From a virus (taxonomy: Duplodnaviria > Caudoviricetes), in the IMG/VR virus record IMGVR_UViG_3300025805_000202, positions 1-28,079 of that record: 28,079 nt of DNA. One strand, given 5' to 3'. The notes below the pieces were generated by a model. The model was given only the letters and a program-made list of their open reading frames with translations. It had not been told where the DNA came from and did no database searches. A program made the position numbers and the translations under genes. Shown here one piece after another: positions 1-9,507 of this stretch (its first letter is position 1; every line of letters starts with the position of its first letter).

Positions 1-549
1 AACGGTGCCGCTCGACAGTTGCACGATACTTGACACCCCTGTCCCGCTGCCCAGCGTGACAGAGGTGGGGAAGGTCGCGCCGCCATCGGTCGAAATCCAA
101 ACTTCAGGGACGCCATACACCCCTGCCAAAACGGTGCCCAGACCGCAATCCACGATTTGTTGAATATTGTTGCCGCTGCCGAGTGTGGCCGTATAACGCC
201 CGGCGAGACCGCGCCGAGCCGACAGTCTGGCCGTGTCGTAATACTGCGGGTGGGGATCGACCGCCCCCTCGTGCGCCGCTACGGTGGTGGAGGCCGTACC
301 GGCTGGGTCGGCCCCGACGTCGCCGGGAGTCAACGTCACCGCTCCGGCCTTCCCCGCTACCGATTGCACGGGAGCGGCAGCGCCAGCCTCTGCGGTGGTG
401 GTGTACTGCGGGTGGGGATCGACCGCCCCCTCGTGCGCCGCGACGGTGGTGGAGGCCGTACCGGCTGGGTCGGCCCCGACGTCGTCTGGGCCGACCACTG
501 CGAGTTGCGCGGTAACGTCGTCGACCGTCACCACTAGGTAGTTCGGCAT
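1..549 (-). CDS. Tail fibre / receptor-binding protein, 5' part (runs off the window; absent from ORF track)
   Basis: ATG at 549 with AGGAGG upstream, open to base 1: MPNYLVVTVDD..., two AAHEGAVDPHPQY repeats, VQSVAGKAGAVTL fibre motif, Asp-box-like STDGGATF. Confidence 0.85.
   Translation of the reverse strand, partial: MPNYLVVTVDDVTAQLAVVGPDDVGADPAGTASTTVAAHEGAVDPHPQYTTTAEAGAAAPVQSVAGKAGAVTLTPGDVGADPAGTASTTVAAHEGAVDPHPQYYDTARLSARRGLAGRYTATLGSGNNIQQIVDCGLGTVLAGVYGVPEVWISTDGGATFPTSVTLGSGTGVSSIVQLSSGTV
242..484. repeat. 81-bp direct repeat (242-322 and 404-484) in the tail fibre gene
   Basis: Offset 162 bp, one synonymous mismatch (280 vs 442); encodes DVGADPAGTASTTVAAHEGAVDPHPQY twice. Confidence 0.95.
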
Positions 550-550
550 G

Positions 551-859
551 TTAACTCCTCCTGATCGTGAGCTCGCCCGAGGCGATGTGTCGGTCGTCGC
601 CGAGGGGGTGGGTCGCGTTGATCGACCATGCGTAGCGTCCGATACCCACCGCCTCAAGGGTGGCAAGGTCGGCAAAAACCAGCACCAATCCACTCGTCAA
701 TCCAAGGGCGACCGGCCACGTTGCCGAGGACTGATCCGACCAGCGGCGGCGCAACGTCAGCGAGGCGGTGTAATCTCGGAGATCAAGCGCCACGCCATTG
801 GGCGCTGAGACCTTAAGAATCCGCCAAAAGTCGGCGTTCAACGAGGCGTCCCATCGCAT
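551..859 (-). CDS. Small tail-tip / fibre adaptor protein (BppU-N-like beta-sandwich, putative)
   Basis: 102 aa with LDLRDYTASLTLR...GRYAWSI...IASGELTI pattern; lies between tail hub and fibre genes. Confidence 0.6.
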   Translation of the reverse strand: MRWDASLNADFWRILKVSAPNGVALDLRDYTASLTLRRRWSDQSSATWPVALGLTSGLVLVFADLATLEAVGIGRYAWSINATHPLGDDRHIASGELTIRRS

Positions 860-3238
860 TTAAGTCAGCTCCAAAAGCGTCACCCGGCACGATTGCCGAG
901 CCCAATCGAAATCGCGTCGCACGACGTAGCACAGCAAAGTCCGGCCCGGAATAGTCAGAGGCAATTGCGCCGAGACGATTCGCACCACGTCCCCAGCCTC
1001 CAGGCGTAAACACGCGGACGAAACGGACGCCTCGATCACCTGCATTCCGTTGGCCTTGCGGGCCGCCGAAGTTGCTGCTAGAGCCTGACACTCGGCTGCT
1101 GGTAAACCCCACTTGTCTTCGATGACCTCGGTTTGGGCTCCGTATTCGGCGACCGAAACGGACTCGGCCACGCTGTAGGCGGCTCCAAAGGTCTGGCCGT
1201 CCCACCCCGTGGCTACGGTGACCACGTTGCGGACGTACTCCCAGCCCCTGCGCCACTTGAGGGCACTGGCCCCCACCTGATCGGGGGTGATGGTCTCGAC
1301 GGCAGGCGCGCCCGCCCGAGGGATCTGGAACAGCGTCAGCAACCCGTCACGCACGGTCCATTGGGCTTCTAGCAGCGCCGCCAGACTGGCGAGCAGATCG
1401 GATGCCGAGGTTGGCTTGTCGATGGTCTTTTGCGCCTCGATCTGGCGGGACGGGAACGTGGTCTTGAAGTGCCCCACCCACGCAGGATCGATCCGTGCCT
1501 CGGGGATCTCCAGCCAGTTGGTCAGCAGGTCGAAGGCGAGATCGGCCAAGTGGGTATTGACCGGATAGGTCGCCTTGCGCCATGCCGTGCCGTCCGATTG
1601 CCAGACAACCGGGTTCGACCCCGGTATCACGGCGCCGCCTGCGCCCGGACCACTGGCCACCAAGGACGACCAACCGGCGTTGCCGTAGGTGACCTTGTCA
1701 CCCACCGCGTAATCGGTCGTCGCCGACCAGGTCGGACCATATTCGCGATCTGGAATTTTGCGGTCGGTCAGGTCGAGGTCGTCACGCAGCACAACCTCAA
1801 GACTCGCCCCGGCGCGGACGTCCCACACTCTGCCTCGATAGATTCGCGCCCGGTCGGTCGAGTCTGCATACCCCACCGAGACGGTGGCGATCCTGTTCTT
1901 GATCGTGCCGCCCAGCAACGCCCCGTAGGCCTCACCAGACGGTGCGACGGTGATTGACACCTCCCCGGAGGTCGCGCCGCGCGGCGACTCGGTCAATTGC
2001 GACGTCCGGGTGATCGTCCCGCCAATGGCGGGGATAGCCATCTCGGACCCAGCGTAAGATCCCAGCACAAGGGGCGGCGGCGCGAAGGTGATAATCAGGT
2101 TCTGCACCGACGGCGACGCGTCGTGGGCGGCGGAGGCGGTCAGGTCGATCTTGGCCAGCCAGTATCTGTCCAGGGCGTGGAGCGGATCGCCGGTGGCCAC
2201 AGCCCCGTGCGCCGTCCACCCGGCGAGCGAACCCGAGGCGTAAACGACGGGATCATTCGTCGAGTAGAGCGACACCGCCACCGCCCCTCCGATGGGTATC
2301 GTATCGGTCCAGGAGACCGATCCGGAACCGGTCGGGGTTCCGCCGAGGTCGACGGGGCGGTAGGCAGTGCCGGTGGGTTGATAGACTTCGGCGATGGTGA
2401 GCGGGAAGCCCATAGCCGGATCCATCGCGCCACTCGGCACCCAATACCCCGGCGCAGCGCACGAGAGGCCGTAGATCCACAGCTTGATCCAGGACACGGC
2501 ATCGACCCAGGGGAGGTCGAACACAATCACCGCTGAGCGATCGGGAACGAGCCTAAACTCGACCGAGTAGGTGCTCCCTCCACGCAGCGAGGCTGCGAAT
2601 CCCGAGATGATGACCCCCCCTGGAGTGGTCGACGTAGGGAGCGCGTCGAGATGGGTGGTGGCGACGTCGGCGTACCGGAACCAGTAGGCGGTTAACCCTA
2701 CCTGCCCCCCAGACGCGTCCAAAATGCGGCACTCTAGGTTCCAGCCGCCCTGGGGCCACTCAATCGTGCTCGGGTAGGTCAGGACCTGCGTTGCCGCACG
2801 ATGCATTTCGCACTCGAGGCGCAGCTCGTTGAGCACCCCGTCGGCGCTGGCAATAAAGGGGAAGGTCGCTGTCGGAACCGTCGCGAAGGCGCCGTAGAAA
2901 TCGGTGTCTGTCTTTGAAACCCGGTGGTAAAGCACCCTCAACGTGGCGAGATCTGGCTGATGCGAGGTCGCGAACGAGGGGCCTGTGGTGTGGGTCGGCG
3001 TCACGGGCGACCCGGGGCCGAGGATCAACCTCCCCCCCTCCGCCCGTACCCCAGAATCGAGGGCGTTGTAAGGTGCGACTCCAGCCCACTGCACTTGGCT
3101 GTCGAGGGCGGCGGCGTAGCCTGCCGACCCGGTCGCGCCAGGGGGAGGGGTTTGGTCGATTTCGACCCACAATGCCGGGGTGGCCCCGTGGGCTGGAGAG
3201 GACAATCGGGTGGCGATGGCCTGGGACAGCGTCAGCAT
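860..3238 (-). CDS. Large tail-tip/hub protein with an embedded CBM5/12-like module
   Basis: Start MLTLSQAIA at 3238 (TAATG overlap with upstream stop); C-terminal RLEAGDVVRI hub-like motif; WSATTDYAVGDKVTY...PGSNPVVWQ segment. Confidence 0.7.
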   Translation of the reverse strand: MLTLSQAIATRLSSPAHGATPALWVEIDQTPPPGATGSAGYAAALDSQVQWAGVAPYNALDSGVRAEGGRLILGPGSPVTPTHTTGPSFATSHQPDLATLRVLYHRVSKTDTDFYGAFATVPTATFPFIASADGVLNELRLECEMHRAATQVLTYPSTIEWPQGGWNLECRILDASGGQVGLTAYWFRYADVATTHLDALPTSTTPGGVIISGFAASLRGGSTYSVEFRLVPDRSAVIVFDLPWVDAVSWIKLWIYGLSCAAPGYWVPSGAMDPAMGFPLTIAEVYQPTGTAYRPVDLGGTPTGSGSVSWTDTIPIGGAVAVSLYSTNDPVVYASGSLAGWTAHGAVATGDPLHALDRYWLAKIDLTASAAHDASPSVQNLIITFAPPPLVLGSYAGSEMAIPAIGGTITRTSQLTESPRGATSGEVSITVAPSGEAYGALLGGTIKNRIATVSVGYADSTDRARIYRGRVWDVRAGASLEVVLRDDLDLTDRKIPDREYGPTWSATTDYAVGDKVTYGNAGWSSLVASGPGAGGAVIPGSNPVVWQSDGTAWRKATYPVNTHLADLAFDLLTNWLEIPEARIDPAWVGHFKTTFPSRQIEAQKTIDKPTSASDLLASLAALLEAQWTVRDGLLTLFQIPRAGAPAVETITPDQVGASALKWRRGWEYVRNVVTVATGWDGQTFGAAYSVAESVSVAEYGAQTEVIEDKWGLPAAECQALAATSAARKANGMQVIEASVSSACLRLEAGDVVRIVSAQLPLTIPGRTLLCYVVRRDFDWARQSCRVTLLELT

Positions 3239-4038
3239 TACACCGCCTCCACCAGATCGAGGGTGATGGATCGCAAATTGCCCGCACGGGCGATGGGCAT
3301 GTGGGGCATCTGCTTGGCCTGCATCAGGTAGACCTCGGTCGGGCGGGTGTCGGGCATCCAGGCCCACCAAATAGGCAGACCGGCCTCGAAGCGTTGCTCA
3401 CGGATCAGGTCGATCTTGGCCGCCAACGTGGGATCGATGGCCGACCATTGCGGCTTGAGCTCCAAACGTCGTCCGGTCACGTTAACCCACCGCCGCCCTG
3501 TTTCGGCCTCGAATTTGGTCGCAATCGTCACCTCGCGGTAGGGGTCGTAGCCCAGCTCGATGAAATCCATCTCGACCGCCTCGGCCAGCACGATCTCGGG
3601 GATCGTCAACACCTGTAAGGGGTCGAAATAGTTCAGCCTGATCAAATACTGGGTCGAGGGCGGGTGTGCGTTTAGCCGATAGATTCGACTCCCTTGGCTC
3701 GGACCATCGTTGGGGGCGGCGTTAAGGATGGTGTTCCAGACTGCCCCGTCCCAATAGGCGACCGTCAACAGGGCCGACGCCGCCACGGAGCGAGCTCCTG
3801 CCGTGTCGTGGCGATGCCCGCCGAGGAGGATGACCGTCGGCATAGCAGCCGAGGCAAGGGTGGCGGTAATATCCACCCCACCCGATTCCCCGCCGTCGGC
3901 TTGGATCACGGCGGGAGACAGCAGATCGCCGTCGGCGATGCTGTCCACCTTATAGCTGGGCGATTCGGTCCCGGTGAGCACCGCAAAGGCGGCCCCAGTG
4001 AGCAGGTTCGTGCCGATGATGAGGGGGGCGTCGGTCAT
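3238..4038 (-). CDS. Distal tail-like protein
   Basis: 266 aa, ATGA-coupled to the tape measure gene; position and C-terminal SITLDLVEAV are typical. Confidence 0.6.
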   Translation of the reverse strand: MTDAPLIIGTNLLTGAAFAVLTGTESPSYKVDSIADGDLLSPAVIQADGGESGGVDITATLASAAMPTVILLGGHRHDTAGARSVAASALLTVAYWDGAVWNTILNAAPNDGPSQGSRIYRLNAHPPSTQYLIRLNYFDPLQVLTIPEIVLAEAVEMDFIELGYDPYREVTIATKFEAETGRRWVNVTGRRLELKPQWSAIDPTLAAKIDLIREQRFEAGLPIWWAWMPDTRPTEVYLMQAKQMPHMPIARAGNLRSITLDLVEAV

Positions 4039-7000
4039 ACCGATACCGCCACGTTCGCACCGCGATTAATGTTGCGGTCGAGCACTGGAGAGAGTGCCTC
4101 GGCGATGCGCTGGAGCGTCCCGGCGCTGACCTCGTCCGGGTGCAGAGCCTGCACCTGTAGGTGGATCGTCACCGGGGGCTGCGTCGGTGGGGTGGCTGCC
4201 TTGTCGTGCGCTCCCGTGACTCCGCCATACCCCGACCCGGTGGCCATACTGCCGGGGGTGGATTGCACCCCCGCGCCTACTCCGCCCCCGGCGGAGGCGG
4301 AGGCTGCGCCGCCGTATTGCTGCTTCGAGATTGCGGCGACCCGTGCCACACCCTGGACGACGGCGATCCCTGCCGCCACGGCGGCCCGTGCGGGGGCGTC
4401 GGGCGTCGGAATCGCAAGCTGCGATTCATAGGCCTTCTGCGCGGCGGCATAGGTCGAGACCACCGTCTCGGCGATGGCGAGCGCCTTGCTGGCCTCGAAG
4501 GCCTTCTTGCCACCGTTTGCGAGCAGGGCCGACAGCGCACCGAACACCCCTGCGGTCAGTGACAGACGGGCCTCTGCCGCCTGTTTTTCGACCCCCGCCT
4601 TAGCGTTTTCGTGGATCTGTTTGGCCCGCAATTCGTCGCGGTCGTAACGGGCACGCAGCGCGGCAGTCATTTGGCCGCTGTCTTCCACTGCCTTGCGCTC
4701 GGCGGCCAGTGCCTCTAGCTGACGTTGATAACGCAGATTTTCTCTCTCCGCCTCGGTCAAAAACTGACCCTGCCACTCTTGTTCCAGGGCGGTGGATCGG
4801 TCGCGAGCGGCGGCGAGCAGAGCGTCGGTTTTGTCGCGCTCCTGCTGCGCCAACCACTGCCCATAGGCCTGTTCCAGCGCCACGACGCGGGCCGACCCTG
4901 CCCCCTCGACCGCCACCAGGGCCTCCCACCGCGCCGAGTATTCGGATGCCATCTTGGTGCTGGCGTCTTGGGCCGTGCCCAACAGATCGGCGGTCAACTG
5001 CCGGGCTTGGTCGACAGTTTGTTGCGCTTGGGTGGGGTCGATGCGAGGTGCCGGGATGGACCGGGGCGACGGGGCGGTGGGAGCACCGACGTCGTTCGGC
5101 GCCGCAAACATCTCGACGCCGACAGCGTCGATACCACCCAGGGCGCGGTCGCGCTCCTGGGCCAGCTTGGACAAGCTGTCGCTCAAGGAGGTGACTCCGC
5201 CCTTGGCCCGGTCCAGCCCGGCGCGCAGGCGGTCGGACCCCTCTTGGATGGCCCCGTAACCCGCTGTCGCCTCGTCCGCGACCCGACGCATTGCCACGCG
5301 ATAGTCGGCCAAGGCCCGTCCGGCGGGTTGAATCGCCGACTCCCATTCGCCGATTTTCCGGGCGACGGTATCGAGCCCGAGTGATTCGCCGATCCCGTCG
5401 AGCAACGTGCCCACTTCGTCGAGAGACGCAGTTTTGGCCCGCAATTCGTCGCGGTCGTAACGGGCACGCAGCGCGGCAGTCATTTGGCCGCTGTCTTCCA
5501 CTGCCTTGCGCTCGGCGGCCAGTGCCTCTAGCTGACGTTGATAACGCAGATTTTCTCTCTCCGCCTCGGTCAAAAACTGACCCTGCCACTCTTGTTCCAG
5601 GGCGGTGGATCGGTCGCGAGCGGCGGCGAGCAGAGCGTCGGTTTTGTCGCGCTCCTGCTGCGCCAACCACTGCCCATAGGCCTGTTCCAGCGCCACGACG
5701 CGGGCCGACCCTGCCCCCTCGACCGCCACCAGGGCCTCCCACCGCGCCGAGTATTCGGATGCCATCTTGGTGCTGGCGTCTTGGGCCGTGCCCAACAGAT
5801 CGGCGGTCAACTGCCGGGCTTGGTCGACAGTTTGTTGCGCTTGGGTGGGGTCGATGCGAGGTGCCGGGATGGACCGGGGCGACGGGGCGGTGGGAGCACC
5901 GACGTCGTTCGGCGCCGCAAACATCTCGACGCCGACAGCGTCGATACCACCCAGGGCGCGGTCGCGCTCCTGGGCCAGCTTGGACAAGCTGTCGCTCAAG
6001 GAGGTGACTCCGCCCTTGGCCCGGTCCAGCCCGGCGCGCAGGCGGTCGGACCCCTCTTGGATGGCCCCGTAACCCGCTGTCGCCTCGTCCGCGACCCGAC
6101 GCATTGCCACGCGATAGTCGGCCAAGGCCCGTCCGGCGGGTTGAATCGCCGACTCCCATTCGCCGATTTTCCGGGCGACGGTATCGAGCCCGAGTGATTC
6201 GGCCCCTGTTTTGAGTGCCGTCAAAAGCCCTTTTAAGGCCGTTTGAATGCCTTCGAATGCCGCCGATGCAGCAAATTTTGCCCCGGTCCACACCACAGTG
6301 GCGGCGGTCTGGGCGGTTTGCCACCCGTTGCGCAGCACTTGAAGCAATCCGACGAACAGTGACCCGATCCACCCGACCGCCTCGCCAGATCCGGTTTTGA
6401 TCCCCTCCCAGGTGGCCGCTGCACCAAATTTGATCCACTCCCACCCCTTGAGCAGAGCGAGGACTAAGGCGTCGCCCGCCTGGCGCACGACGGCGAATTC
6501 CTCGCGGGCCCAAGATCCGATTGCGTAACCGGCCATCCCCGCACCCAATAAATTAAACAGTCCGGCAATTCCGATTCCGGCGGCTTTCGTCGCCCCGGTC
6601 AGATCGGCGACCTGACTCCGTAGGGCGGCGGTCTGCGCCGTCAGGTCGGCCACAGTCTGTTGCGCGACTGCGCCCATGATCGAATCGGCCCTGGCCTTGG
6701 CGAGAGCCGCCTCGGCGCTGGCCAGTTCGGCCTGGGTCTGCTCCAGCAGTGCCGCCTTCTGGGCGCGCGCCGCCAGTGCCGCCTGGGCGGCAATCGCTAC
6801 GGCCGACGTCTGACGGGCCAGCCAAATCGCCAACGCAGCCTCGGCGAGGGCGATGCCTCCCGATGCCAGGGCAGCCATGTGGTTGGCCACGCCGTCGAGG
6901 GCAGTGGCCAAATCTGTCGTGGCGCCTGAAATCTTGTTTTGTGCGTTGAGCCAGCGCCCGAAAGCGTTGGCAATGCGGGTTGAGGCCTGCTCGATGGTGA

Positions 7001-7739
7001 CGGGCATTTGGTCGAATTCGGCTTGCACCGTGGCCGCCTGGCTGCGCAGCGCCTCGATCACCGTGGCGGCGGTGATCTGCCCCTGTTCGCCGAGCGCGCG
7101 CAGCGCCCCAAGCGGTACCCCGAGCCCATCGGCGATTGCCTGCGCGATGCGCGGGGTTTGCTCCAGCACCGAATTGAGCTCGTCGCCGCGCAACGTACCG
7201 CTGGCGAACCCCTGGGCAAGCTGAGTCATCGCGGCGGAGGCGGAGGACGACGAGGCCCCCGATACCACCGAGGCTTGCGACAGGGTCTTGGTGATTTCGA
7301 TCAATTCGGCCTGGGAGACACCGAGTTGCCGCGTCGAGAGCGCGAGGCGCGAAAACAGATCGGCATTGGCGGCGATGGGGGTGCGGGTCTCTTGAGCGAC
7401 GGCGTACAGGTCGCGCATGGCGACTCGTGATGCGGCCATCGACCCGGTGGCGAGTCGGATTCGACCGTCGAGGTTGGTCCAGGTATCGGCGACAGCGACG
7501 ATCCCCGACAGGCCGCCAGAGGCGAACGGCAGAGCCTGGAACGACAGCCAGAGTGTGCGGGCCTGAGCGAGCTGGGTACTGATCGAGGTAATTCCGCGAC
7601 GGGCCGCCGTGACCCCAGCCGCCATCTGCTGCGTCGAACGCAGCGACGTCTCACCGAGATCGCCGACCGTCTGACTGAGGCCGAGGATTTCGGCTTTTGC
7701 CTGCCCCCCAGAGGCGGTAATCTTAAGGGCTAGTTGCAT
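4035..7739 (-). CDS. Tape measure protein (1234 aa, with internal duplication)
   Basis: N-terminal tape-measure domain (GTLRGDELNSVLEQTPRIAQAIADGLGV), Ala-rich helical body, follows tail chaperones. Confidence 0.95.
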   Translation of the reverse strand: MQLALKITASGGQAKAEILGLSQTVGDLGETSLRSTQQMAAGVTAARRGITSISTQLAQARTLWLSFQALPFASGGLSGIVAVADTWTNLDGRIRLATGSMAASRVAMRDLYAVAQETRTPIAANADLFSRLALSTRQLGVSQAELIEITKTLSQASVVSGASSSSASAAMTQLAQGFASGTLRGDELNSVLEQTPRIAQAIADGLGVPLGALRALGEQGQITAATVIEALRSQAATVQAEFDQMPVTIEQASTRIANAFGRWLNAQNKISGATTDLATALDGVANHMAALASGGIALAEAALAIWLARQTSAVAIAAQAALAARAQKAALLEQTQAELASAEAALAKARADSIMGAVAQQTVADLTAQTAALRSQVADLTGATKAAGIGIAGLFNLLGAGMAGYAIGSWAREEFAVVRQAGDALVLALLKGWEWIKFGAAATWEGIKTGSGEAVGWIGSLFVGLLQVLRNGWQTAQTAATVVWTGAKFAASAAFEGIQTALKGLLTALKTGAESLGLDTVARKIGEWESAIQPAGRALADYRVAMRRVADEATAGYGAIQEGSDRLRAGLDRAKGGVTSLSDSLSKLAQERDRALGGIDAVGVEMFAAPNDVGAPTAPSPRSIPAPRIDPTQAQQTVDQARQLTADLLGTAQDASTKMASEYSARWEALVAVEGAGSARVVALEQAYGQWLAQQERDKTDALLAAARDRSTALEQEWQGQFLTEAERENLRYQRQLEALAAERKAVEDSGQMTAALRARYDRDELRAKTASLDEVGTLLDGIGESLGLDTVARKIGEWESAIQPAGRALADYRVAMRRVADEATAGYGAIQEGSDRLRAGLDRAKGGVTSLSDSLSKLAQERDRALGGIDAVGVEMFAAPNDVGAPTAPSPRSIPAPRIDPTQAQQTVDQARQLTADLLGTAQDASTKMASEYSARWEALVAVEGAGSARVVALEQAYGQWLAQQERDKTDALLAAARDRSTALEQEWQGQFLTEAERENLRYQRQLEALAAERKAVEDSGQMTAALRARYDRDELRAKQIHENAKAGVEKQAAEARLSLTAGVFGALSALLANGGKKAFEASKALAIAETVVSTYAAAQKAYESQLAIPTPDAPARAAVAAGIAVVQGVARVAAISKQQYGGAASASAGGGVGAGVQSTPGSMATGSGYGGVTGAHDKAATPPTQPPVTIHLQVQALHPDEVSAGTLQRIAEALSPVLDRNINRGANVAVSV
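4620..6201. repeat. 769-bp direct duplication (4620-5388 and 5433-6201) with a 44-bp unique spacer
   Basis: Period 813 bp = 271 codons; ORF-track translations of the two copies are identical in several frames (e.g. 4725-5384 vs 5538-6197). Confidence 0.95.
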
Positions 7740-7768
7740 CGGTGGTTAACCTATACAAGGAGGGCGTC

Positions 7769-7924
7769 ATGGGGATCCTCGAAGACCTCGTCATGGGGGT
7801 GGTGGGGATTGTGCTGTCGCTCGTATCCAGTCCGTGGTGGCTGGTGGCTCCGGCCATCGTGGCCGTGAAGTGGGGGTATTACGCGGCGCGATACCTCTTC
7901 AGGCCGATCACCCCCACACCCTGA
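7769..7924 (+). CDS. Small membrane protein, opposite-strand moron (51 aa)
   Basis: AAGGAGG then ATG at 7769; hydrophobic VMGVVGIVLSLVSSPWWLVAPAIVAV; fills the gap between chaperone and tape measure genes. Confidence 0.65.
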   Translation: MGILEDLVMGVVGIVLSLVSSPWWLVAPAIVAVKWGYYAARYLFRPITPTP

Positions 7925-8222
7925 GCGCCTCCCCTTCTAGGGTTTGCACCCGTTCCAGGCAATCGGCCTGATCGCCGACCCCCAGCATCTGCATCGCGGC
8001 GTGAACGCTGGGTAGATCGAGGGCAGAGCGTCGCCCCTCGATCACCCGCCACGACCCGGAGCAGGCCAAAAACACCCGCAGCGCCTGCCAGTTCTCTTCC
8101 CACACCCACACGTCACTGCTCACCGACAACCGGGCGAGTTGTTCCTCGCCCAGCATGGCGACGTCGTCGTCGTCGAACTTCGCCGTCCGCCCCCCGGCCC
8201 AGGCGCGGGCGGCGTCAATCAG
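7908..8222 (-). CDS. Tail assembly chaperone, frameshifted C-terminal (gpGT-like, DUF1799-like) part
   Basis: VWEENWQALRVFL...W...LD...LEGEAL motif; frame is open from the slippery site at 8222 and is -1 relative to the upstream gene. Confidence 0.85.
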   Translation of the reverse strand: MIDAARAWAGGRTAKFDDDDVAMLGEEQLARLSVSSDVWVWEENWQALRVFLACSGSWRVIEGRRSALDLPSVHAAMQMLGVGDQADCLERVQTLEGEALRVWG

Positions 8223-8560
8223 TTTTTTCGGGCGCCCTCGGCAATCGAGTCAAACCACGACCGGACGATGCACCCAGCCACCGGCACGATCTCGATCACC
8301 GCATCGAGGTTCTGCGGCGAAAACTGTAGCGGGTTGCCGTCCGCATCGATCACCTCCTTCCAGTCTTCCACCACCCGACGGCAGAACTCGGCGTCGTCGA
8401 TCTCGCCACTCTTGGTCTCGTCCAGCAAGGACTCGACCTCGTGGCGGTTCAGGCGTCGGAAGACGGCGACGAACCGCGTCTTCTTGGTTTTACCCTTGTC
8501 GTCGATCAGGGCGACCTCGACAGGCCAGGGGTAGGTATCGGAAAAATCGAGTTTGAACAT
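8219..8560 (-). CDS. Tail assembly chaperone (gpG-like)
   Basis: MFKLDFSDTYPWPVEV...F.AVFRRL...DWKEVIDADGNPLQFS...ARKN; directly after the tail tube gene. Confidence 0.85.
   Translation of the reverse strand: MFKLDFSDTYPWPVEVALIDDKGKTKKTRFVAVFRRLNRHEVESLLDETKSGEIDDAEFCRRVVEDWKEVIDADGNPLQFSPQNLDAVIEIVPVAGCIVRSWFDSIAEGARKN
8222..8228 (-). other. Programmed -1 frameshift site A AAA AAC
   Basis: CGA AAA AAC TGA at the end of the chaperone gene; X XXY YYZ heptamer; -1 frame reads LIDAARAWAGG... into the DUF1799-like ORF. Confidence 0.85.
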
Positions 8561-8571
8561 GGCGCGTGACC

Positions 8572-9507
8572 TTATTGGAGGGTGACGGTGATGGCGTCGT
8601 GCGCAGTTTGCGCCGAATTGAGAACGCGCAGCGGCAGGCCGAGAAACGACACCCCGGCGTCGTCGCTGAAACCGGGCTTGCCGATCTGCACGCGGGGGCA
8701 CGCGATCACCAGCGACTTGCCGCTGCCGAGGCCGTGTTTGATTTCGAGCGCCCCCGCTGCCCCCGACTGGGCTTTGGCCCAGGCGTCGAAGGTCGCCACC
8801 GAGGGTTCCTCGACGGTGGCTGTGCCGGAGGGCTTCTGGCCGACGATGTCGATGCGCTCAGCGTTGGTCAGGTGGCGGTGCTGCACATCGTTGCCGAGCT
8901 TGATCTCCAGGTCTTTCAGCCCGAGGCTCACCCCGTGCAGAACAAACGAGTTGGTGTAGGTCGCGTCGGCAGGGTAGATGTCGAGGTTGGGCAGCACGGT
9001 GCCGGAGGGGAGCGCACCGTCGGCCACCGGCTTGTAGAGCCCGGTAAAGGCAAAGTGCATGACCGCCTCCCCCGCCGCCGTCACCTTGAACGACCAGTCG
9101 CCGCGACAGCCGACCGCCTGGTGTTTCACTCCGTCGCGATAGGCCTCGAACGTCAGCGACTCGAAGCCGCTGCCGACCAAGGCATAGATCGTTTTGGTGC
9201 CCGGCGTGTTGGTCTCGGACCAGCCGCAACCCCGCATCAACCGCCCCCACCAGGGGATCGTCCCGGCCATAGTGGCGTTGGGCAGCGGCACGTCGAATTC
9301 GATCTTGCAGCCGAGGCCAGTCATGGGGATGGCGGCGTCCTCGCCCAATACCGGCTTGACCACCGCCGGAGCCAGTTCGACGCCCTCAAGTGGGGTCAGG
9401 CTGAAATTGGTCACCGCAAGGGCGTCGGTGGCTGGGGATGGGGTGGCTGCGGTCCCATAGACGGTTTCGATCTTGGCCATGATGACCTTTTTCGCGGCGA
9501 GGATCAT
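8572..9507 (-). CDS. Major tail tube protein
   Basis: 311 aa, KIETVYGT N-terminal motif, GCRG..SF motif, AAGGAG RBS, position. Confidence 0.85.
   Translation of the reverse strand: MILAAKKVIMAKIETVYGTAATPSPATDALAVTNFSLTPLEGVELAPAVVKPVLGEDAAIPMTGLGCKIEFDVPLPNATMAGTIPWWGRLMRGCGWSETNTPGTKTIYALVGSGFESLTFEAYRDGVKHQAVGCRGDWSFKVTAAGEAVMHFAFTGLYKPVADGALPSGTVLPNLDIYPADATYTNSFVLHGVSLGLKDLEIKLGNDVQHRHLTNAERIDIVGQKPSGTATVEEPSVATFDAWAKAQSGAAGALEIKHGLGSGKSLVIACPRVQIGKPGFSDDAGVSFLGLPLRVLNSAQTAHDAITVTLQ

Noticed and set aside
242-6201. Repeats as DGR template/variable regions or a CRISPR array
   Set aside because: No adenine-specific mismatch pattern, no reverse transcriptase or cas genes in the window, no repeat-spacer periodicity
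4600-6513. 637-aa Arg-rich ORF and other long alternative-frame or antisense ORFs (e.g. 22485-23666, 8566-9594, 24682-25608)
   Set aside because: They overlap well-supported phage genes and have the R/G/P-rich composition of GC-rich shadow frames
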